Source: an uncultured Pseudomonadota bacterium (lineage in GTDB: Bacteria; Pseudomonadota; Gammaproteobacteria; Burkholderiales; SG8-39). From it: a stretch of 64,000 nucleotides of DNA. Both the position numbers and the translations under genes were made by a program. Numbering within the stretch: position 1 is the first letter of the stretch; every line of letters begins with the position of its first letter. Under the pieces are notes generated by a model that made no database searches, was not told where the DNA came from, and worked only from the letters and a program-made list of their open reading frames with translations. The DNA is taken from NCBI GenBank assembly GCA_937907425.1, contig CALCIE010000065.1, forward strand, positions 6,191 to 70,190, written 5' to 3'. Below are positions 57,549 to 64,000 of this stretch, in pieces.

Positions 57549-57575
57549 ATAAAAAACCGGCCTTGCGGCCGGTTT
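57549..57575 (-). terminator. Intrinsic terminator after the tRNA-like gene
   Basis: The minus strand reads AAACCGGCC-GCAA-GGCCGGUU-UUUUAUU. Confidence 0.8.
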
Positions 57576-57583
57576 CGAGAATC

Positions 57584-57681
<98 letters not shown>

Positions 57682-57696
57682 AACCGCGAGAGCGAG

Positions 57697-57725
57697 ATTA
57701 TAGCCATGCTCCCCTTGCGTGTAAA
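57697..57725 (-). promoter_or_regulatory. Sigma70 promoter TTTACA-17 nt-TATAAT driving the tRNA-like gene
   Basis: -10 at 57697-57702 and -35 at 57720-57725 (as reverse complement), about 15 nt upstream of the tRNA-Ala 5' end. Confidence 0.65.
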
Positions 57726-57730
57726 CATGC

Positions 57731-59128
57731 TCAGGAAAGAAAAGCGCGCAACGGCGCAACGACGCGCGCCTTGCCCGACAGCGCGAGCAGCGGGAAGAGC
57801 GAAGGCGTTTGCGGCGTGCCGTACACGATTACGCGCAGCGGAATGGCGAGCTTGGGCATCTTCAGCCCGTGCGCCTTCAGCACGCCGTTGAAGGCCTGCG
57901 AAACCGCCTCCTCGTTCCAGTCGCCGACAGCCTCGAAAGCCTGCAGCACTTCGCGCAGCGCCGGTTTGATGTCCTCCGTCACGTGCTGCTTCAGCGCTTC
58001 CTCGCCGGGCTGCGCGGCGCGGTAGACGATGCTCACCTGTTCCGCCAGTTCGCGCAGCGTGGCCGCGCGCTCCTGGAACATCTTCACCGCCGCATCGAGC
58101 GCCGGCCCCTGCTCGGGCGCGATGCCCATGTCTTTCAGCCGCGGCGCGACATCGCGCGCGAGCCGCTCCGGATCGGCCGTCTTGATGTACTGCTGGTTCA
58201 GCCACAGGAGTTTCTCGGGGTTGAACTGCGCCGCCGAGCGGCTGATGTGTTCCAGATCGAACCACTCGACGAACTGCCGCATGGAGAAGATCTCGTCGTC
58301 GCCGTGCGACCAGCCCAGGCGCGCGAGGTAGTTGAGCAGCGCCTCGGGCAGATAGCCCTCCTCCGCGTACTGCATCACGCTCACCGCGCCGTGGCGCTTC
58401 GACAGCCGTTCGCCGTCGGCGCCGAGGATCATGGGCACGTGCGCGTACTGCGGCGGCTCCGCGCCCAGCGCTCTCAGGATGTTGATCTGGCGCGGCGTGT
58501 TGTTGACGTGGTCGTCGCCGCGGATGACGTGCGTGATCTTCATGTCCCAGTCGTCGACCACCACGCAGAAGTTGTAGGTCGGCGTGCCGTCGGCGCGCGC
58601 GATGACGAGGTCGTCGAGCTCGCTGTTGCGGAAGGTGATCGGGCCTTTGACGAGGTCGTTGAACGTCACCTCGCCGTCGAGCGGATTCTTAAACCGCACC
58701 ACGGGCTTCACGCCCGCGGGCGGTGTCCTGCCCTTGGCGTTCTCGGGCCGCCAGCGGCCGTCGTAGCGCGGCTTCTCGCCGCGGGCGCGCTGCGCCTCGC
58801 GCAGGGCGTCGAGCTCTTCCTTGCTCGCGTAGCAGTAATAGGCCTTGCCCTCGTCCAGCAGCTGCTGCACCACTTCGCGATAGCGGTCCATGCGCTGCAT
58901 CTGATAGTACGGCCCTTCGTCCCAATCCAGGCCGAGCCATTTCATCCCGTCGAGAATGGCCTGCACCGATTCGGGCGTGGAACGCTCCAGATCGGTATCC
59001 TCGATACGCAGCACGAAGGTGCCGCCGTGACGGCGGGCGAAGGCCCAGGAGAACAGCGCGGTGCGCGCGCCGCCGATATGCAGATAGCCTGTTGGACTGG
59101 GAGCGAAACGGGTGCGGATCATAGACAT
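57731..59128 (-). CDS. gltX: Glutamate--tRNA ligase
   Basis: 465 aa. [17 protein letters not shown] (HIGH motif) and a KMSKS-type motif (LSKRHG). Confidence 0.95.
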   Translation of the reverse strand: MSMIRTRFAPSPTGYLHIGGARTALFSWAFARRHGGTFVLRIEDTDLERSTPESVQAILDGMKWLGLDWDEGPYYQMQRMDRYREVVQQLLDEGKAYYCYASKEELDALREAQRARGEKPRYDGRWRPENAKGRTPPAGVKPVVRFKNPLDGEVTFNDLVKGPITFRNSELDDLVIARADGTPTYNFCVVVDDWDMKITHVIRGDDHVNNTPRQINILRALGAEPPQYAHVPMILGADGERLSKRHGAVSVMQYAEEGYLPEALLNYLARLGWSHGDDEIFSMRQFVEWFDLEHISRSAAQFNPEKLLWLNQQYIKTADPERLARDVAPRLKDMGIAPEQGPALDAAVKMFQERAATLRELAEQVSIVYRAAQPGEEALKQHVTEDIKPALREVLQAFEAVGDWNEEAVSQAFNGVLKAHGLKMPKLAIPLRVIVYGTPQTPSLFPLLALSGKARVVAPLRAFLS

Positions 59129-59248
59129 GCCAACGAGAAAGGCGGCATTTTACGCGAAGCGCACCGTGCCTCGCGCGGTCTGCTTCTTGCACTTGCTCAG
59201 GACAAGGCTCAACCTAAGCTCCAGCGTCCGTCCAACACCGCCAAGCAC

Positions 59249-60505
59249 GTGTCCGCCCTCCCCTCCGACCCGCAAGAAACCGAAGGCCTGCGTTACATGC
59301 GCCGGGTGGCGACCGGGCTTTTCGTGCTCATGGCCGTCATGTACGTCGCCGCGCGCATGCACGAAGCCGAACAGCCGTGGCTCGGCTTCGTGCGCGCCTT
59401 CGCCGAAGCCGCCATGGTCGGCGCGCTCGCCGACTGGTTCGCCGTGGTGGCGCTGTTCCGCCATCCGCTCGGCCTGCCGATCCCGCACACGGCCATCATT
59501 CCGCGCAACAAGGACCGCATCGGCGCGGGCCTCGGCCGCTTCGTCGAAACGAACTTCCTCGCGCCCGAAATCGTGTCGCAGAAGCTCGCCGACGCGGACT
59601 TGGCCGGCGCGCTCGCGCAATGGCTCAAGCGCCCGAAGACCGCGGAGCTGCTCGCCCTGCGCGTGAGCCGTTTCCTGCCCGGACTGCTCGACACGCTCGA
59701 CGACGACGATCTGCGCCGGCTGCTGCACACCGCCGTGACCGGCCGGCTGGAGAGCGTGCAGCTCGCGCCGCTCGCAGGCGACGCGCTCAGTCTGCTCACC
59801 CGCGACGGCCGCCACCGTCCCGTGGTGGACGAGCTGCTCGCGCACGCCGCCGACGCGCTGCACGAATACGAGCCGCTCATCCGCGAGCGGGTGCGCGAGC
59901 GCACCGCGTGGCTGTGGCGCGCGATCGGGGTGGACGCCATCGTCGCCGACAAGCTGATCACCGTGGCGGAGGAAACCCTCGACGCGGCCCGCAACGACCC
60001 GGCGCACGCCTGGCGCGTGAAACTCGACGAGCAGCTCGCCGAATTCGCCGAAGCCCTGCGCACCTCGCCCGAACTGCACGAAAGCGCCGAGGCGCTCAAG
60101 GCGGAACTCATCGCCCACCCCACCGTCGCGCGCTATCTGCAAAGCCTGTGGAACGATCTGCGCGCCGGGGTCGCCGCGGACGTCGCCAAGCCCGACTCGC
60201 GCATCCGCGCCCATCTCACCGCGGCGATCCACGCCTTCGCCGACCGCCTGCAGGAGGACGAAGCCGTGCGGCGCAAGGCGAACCGCCTGCTGCGTTCCAT
60301 CGTCGAGCAGGCGGCCGCGACCGGGCGCCACGGCATGGCGGACCTCATCGCGCAAACGGTCCACGCCTGGGACGCTCACACAGTAAGCAGCAAGATCGAA
60401 ATCGCCGTCGGCAAGGATCTGCAGTTCGTGCGCATCAACGGCACGCTGATCGGCGGGCTGGTCGGCCTCGCCCTGCACGGCATCTCGCGGTTTCTGCCGG
60501 GATGA
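59249..60505 (+). CDS. DUF445 (YjiN-like) membrane protein
   Basis: LRYMRRVATGLFVLMAVMYV ... GALADWFAVVALFRHPLGLPIPHTAIIPRNKDRIG is the DUF445 signature. Start is GTG 59249 or ATG 59297. The upstream part of ORF 57809-60505 is antisense to gltX. Confidence 0.75.
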   Translation: MSALPSDPQETEGLRYMRRVATGLFVLMAVMYVAARMHEAEQPWLGFVRAFAEAAMVGALADWFAVVALFRHPLGLPIPHTAIIPRNKDRIGAGLGRFVETNFLAPEIVSQKLADADLAGALAQWLKRPKTAELLALRVSRFLPGLLDTLDDDDLRRLLHTAVTGRLESVQLAPLAGDALSLLTRDGRHRPVVDELLAHAADALHEYEPLIRERVRERTAWLWRAIGVDAIVADKLITVAEETLDAARNDPAHAWRVKLDEQLAEFAEALRTSPELHESAEALKAELIAHPTVARYLQSLWNDLRAGVAADVAKPDSRIRAHLTAAIHAFADRLQEDEAVRRKANRLLRSIVEQAAATGRHGMADLIAQTVHAWDAHTVSSKIEIAVGKDLQFVRINGTLIGGLVGLALHGISRFLPG

Positions 60506-60511
60506 AGCGCC

Positions 60512-61824
<1,313 letters not shown>

Positions 61825-61825
61825 A

Positions 61826-62560
61826 TCAGATCTCCATACGCGATTCTTTCCACCGAACGAGCAACCCCAGCACCATGAGCGACGTGATGGGCGCCAGTGC
61901 GATCAGCGCCACGAAGCCCAAACCGTTCACGATGGGATTCTGGCCGCCGATCGAGGACGCGGTGCCCAACGCGAGCGCGAGCAGAAAGGTGTTGGCCAGC
62001 GGCCCGGTCGCGACACCACCGGCGTCCACGGCGATCGCCACGAAATCCTTGTCGCTGAACCACATGATCACGATCACCGCCAGGTAGCCGGGCACCAGCA
62101 GATAGAGCAGCGGGATCTCGTAACCGATGCGCAGCAGCCCGAGCCCCGTCCAGACCGACACCCCGACGCAGATCGCGGTCAGCACCATCAGGCGGGGGAT
62201 GGAACCGTTCGAAGCCTCGTCGACCTGGTCGGCCAGGATACGCACGGCCGGTTCGCTCCAGGTGGTGATGAAACCGAGCGCCACGCCGGCGGGCAGCAGC
62301 AGCCACTTGTACGACAGCGTTCCCAGCGCTTCGCCAATGGCTTGGCCGAAAGGCATGAAACCGATATGCACGCCGAGCAGGAACAGGAACAGGCCCGCGG
62401 CCGCCAGCAGGCTGCCCATCAGGATGTTCCGGATGTCCTTGCGCGGCAGATCGAGCAGAAAGACCTGGACAACCAGGAACAGCGCCGCGAGCGGCAATAC
62501 CGCCATGATCACGCTCCAGGCGGTATGGGCGACTTCTTCGAGCAGGACGATCCAGTTCAC
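61826..62560 (-). CDS. DUF1538 family membrane protein (paralogue B)
   Basis: 244 aa, polytopic and paralogous to the upstream gene. The GTG start overlaps the upstream stop (GTGA). Confidence 0.7.
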   Translation of the reverse strand: MNWIVLLEEVAHTAWSVIMAVLPLAALFLVVQVFLLDLPRKDIRNILMGSLLAAAGLFLFLLGVHIGFMPFGQAIGEALGTLSYKWLLLPAGVALGFITTWSEPAVRILADQVDEASNGSIPRLMVLTAICVGVSVWTGLGLLRIGYEIPLLYLLVPGYLAVIVIMWFSDKDFVAIAVDAGGVATGPLANTFLLALALGTASSIGGQNPIVNGLGFVALIALAPITSLMVLGLLVRWKESRMEI

Positions 62561-63279
62561 CGCAGCCAGATCCCCATGAGGAGGATGGCAAGGATGGGGC
62601 CGATGGAGGCGAAACCCAGCAGACCGAAACCGTCGGCCACAGACGAACGCCCCGCAAGCACCGAAGTGATGCCCACCGCGAGCGCGATGACCACCGGCGC
62701 CGTCAGTACGCCGGTCGTGACGCTGCCCGCGTCATAGGCCAGCGGAATGAAGTCCGGCGGCGCCGCGAAGGACAGCAGCAGCACCGCGGCGAAGGAGATC
62801 GTGAGCAGCAGCCGCATCGACACCCCGAACAGCACCCTGGCCATGGCAAGGGCGACGAAGAAGCCCACTCCCAGCGCCGTCACATAGAGGACCAGGGAAC
62901 CCTTGATCTCGCCGCCGGAGATACGGTCCACCTGCGTGGCGAGCACCAGCACATCGGGCTCGGCAACGGTGGTGGCGAAGCCCAGCACGAAGGCTACGCC
63001 CACGATCAGGGCAATGGAACCTTTCCTCGGCAGCTCGGCGCCGATGAAGCGGCCCATGGGCAGGATGCCCAGATCCACCCCGATGAAAAGCAGCAGCATC
63101 CCCACGATCACCAGCACCGAGCCGGCCAGGAACTGCAGGAAAACCTCGAGCGGCGCGTGGACCAGCGTGATCTGGAACAGGCAGGCTAGCGCAATGAGCG
63201 GGACGACGGTTTTAAGGGTTTCGGCGATGCGTTCTTTTAATTCTGGCCACATGGTCCGGCTTTCATCGAACCCCGGCAT
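62557..63279 (-). CDS. DUF1538 family membrane protein (paralogue A)
   Basis: 240 aa, polytopic. The family call is from recollection of DUF1538 sequences and their usual pairing with a PII-like gene. Confidence 0.7.
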   Translation of the reverse strand: MPGFDESRTMWPELKERIAETLKTVVPLIALACLFQITLVHAPLEVFLQFLAGSVLVIVGMLLLFIGVDLGILPMGRFIGAELPRKGSIALIVGVAFVLGFATTVAEPDVLVLATQVDRISGGEIKGSLVLYVTALGVGFFVALAMARVLFGVSMRLLLTISFAAVLLLSFAAPPDFIPLAYDAGSVTTGVLTAPVVIALAVGITSVLAGRSSVADGFGLLGFASIGPILAILLMGIWLR

Positions 63280-63344
63280 TCTACGATGCGGCGCACCGCC
63301 CGGTCACACCGAATCGCGCCTGCCTGTTCCATCCGGAAACCGTC

Positions 63345-64000
63345 TCACTCCACCGGAAAGTCGAAGTAGGTATCCGGATACGGCTCGTTCTCCAGGGTGA
63401 AATGCCACCACTCCTCGCGCAGCGGGCGGAACCCGTGGCGTTTCATGACCTGCTGCAGCAAGGCGCGGTGCGCGCGCTGTTCCGCGGGCAATTCCTGGTA
63501 CGAAGGCCAGGACTCGGGGCCGAAGAAATCGAAGGGCGTTCCCATGGGCAGCTCCTTGCCGGTCTTCAGGTCGATCAGCGTCAGATCGACGGTGCTGCCG
63601 CGGGTGTGGCCGGAGCGTTCGGCGATGTAGCCGTCGCGGAACAGATGGGCCTTGTCGACGCCGGGATAGTGGCGCGCCTTGGTGGACTGGTCGGAGAGAT
63701 CCGCCGCCCAGCGCACGAAATGATCGACGGCGCGCTGCGGACGATAGCCGTCGAAGACCTTCAGGCCCAGGCCGAACTGCGCCAGCTCCTCGCTCACCCG
63801 GGCCAGCGCCTCGGCCGCCGGCCGTGTGAGGATCACGGTGTTGGCGTGATAGCCGTCGACGGGACGGCCGACGAAATTGTCGGCGCCCGCATAGCGCGCG
63901 TCGATCACCACGCGCGGCGCGACGTCGGCGAGATAGACGAAACCTTCCGGCAGCGCATGAGCCGGCGAAGCCAGGACAACGAGCCAGAGTGCGAGTACCC
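63345..64000 (-). CDS. ddpX: D-alanyl-D-alanine dipeptidase (VanX/DdpX, peptidase M15D), 5' end outside window
   Basis: YAGADNFVGRPVDGY, SGHTRGSTVDLTL and WWHF. The frame stays open to the window edge and encodes part of a signal peptide (VLALWLVVLASPAHA). Confidence 0.85.
   Translation of the reverse strand, partial: VLALWLVVLASPAHALPEGFVYLADVAPRVVIDARYAGADNFVGRPVDGYHANTVILTRPAAEALARVSEELAQFGLGLKVFDGYRPQRAVDHFVRWAADLSDQSTKARHYPGVDKAHLFRDGYIAERSGHTRGSTVDLTLIDLKTGKELPMGTPFDFFGPESWPSYQELPAEQRAHRALLQQVMKRHGFRPLREEWWHFTLENEPYPDTYFDFPVE

Noticed and set aside
57809-59248. 5' extension of the DUF445 ORF, making an 898-aa protein
   Set aside because: The extension is antisense to gltX and has no family signal. 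The DUF445 signature begins only around 59290.

Overview
GC-rich window (about two-thirds G+C by eye, not computed), densely packed with roughly 65 protein genes. The long antisense 'shadow' ORFs are typical of high-GC DNA. Gene content (SoxB, EarP plus EF-P with Arg32, MSHA-type pilus genes) suggests a sulfur-oxidising betaproteobacterial chromosome; the taxon is inference only.

Gene order:
- 0-7.7 kb: MSHA-type pilus biogenesis block (mshQ-like fragment, then I, PilN-like, J, K, L, M, N).
- 7.7-20 kb: TonB-dependent receptor, orphan soxB, MFS exporter, trxC, a GGDEF protein, small envelope proteins, NDH-2 and an SSS transporter.
- 20-30 kb: sirB2, arfB, sdaA, a PAS-GGDEF-EAL protein, cfa, phasin and bcp.
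- 30-36 kb: beta-CASP RNase, then an hsp20-lon unit behind a sigma32-type promoter.
- 36.9-40.3 kb: MrfA/MrfB-like helicase and exonuclease pair.
- 41.6-49.3 kb: adhC-dodecin-fghA formaldehyde operon, pcm, pabB/pabC fusion, earP-efp.
- 49.6-54.6 kb: KaiC-like ATPase with a CheY-like receiver, a HAD-phosphatase/HerA-like ATPase fusion, and a tyrosine integrase.
- 54.8-64 kb: usp, a terC-family gene, a LysR regulator, gltX, DUF445, an L,D-transpeptidase, tadA, a PII-like/DUF1538 x2 module and a VanX-like dipeptidase.

I saw no CRISPR array, IS element, phage structural genes or recognised defence system. The integrase is the only mobility marker.

Features most worth follow-up:
1. Two back-to-back yybP-ykoY Mn2+ riboswitch aptamers. 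One precedes the expected TerC/YjbE gene and the other precedes a LysR regulator.
2. A promoter- and terminator-flanked chimeric tRNA-Ala(5')/tRNA-Glu(3') gene just downstream of gltX.
3. A roughly 95-nt candidate sRNA with three CCUCC motifs, a near-consensus promoter and an intrinsic terminator.
4. The integrase-adjacent HAD/HerA-like fusion protein.
5. The uncharacterised DUF1538-DUF1538-PII-like module.

All family calls come from reading the translations and from memory of the families. No searches were run.
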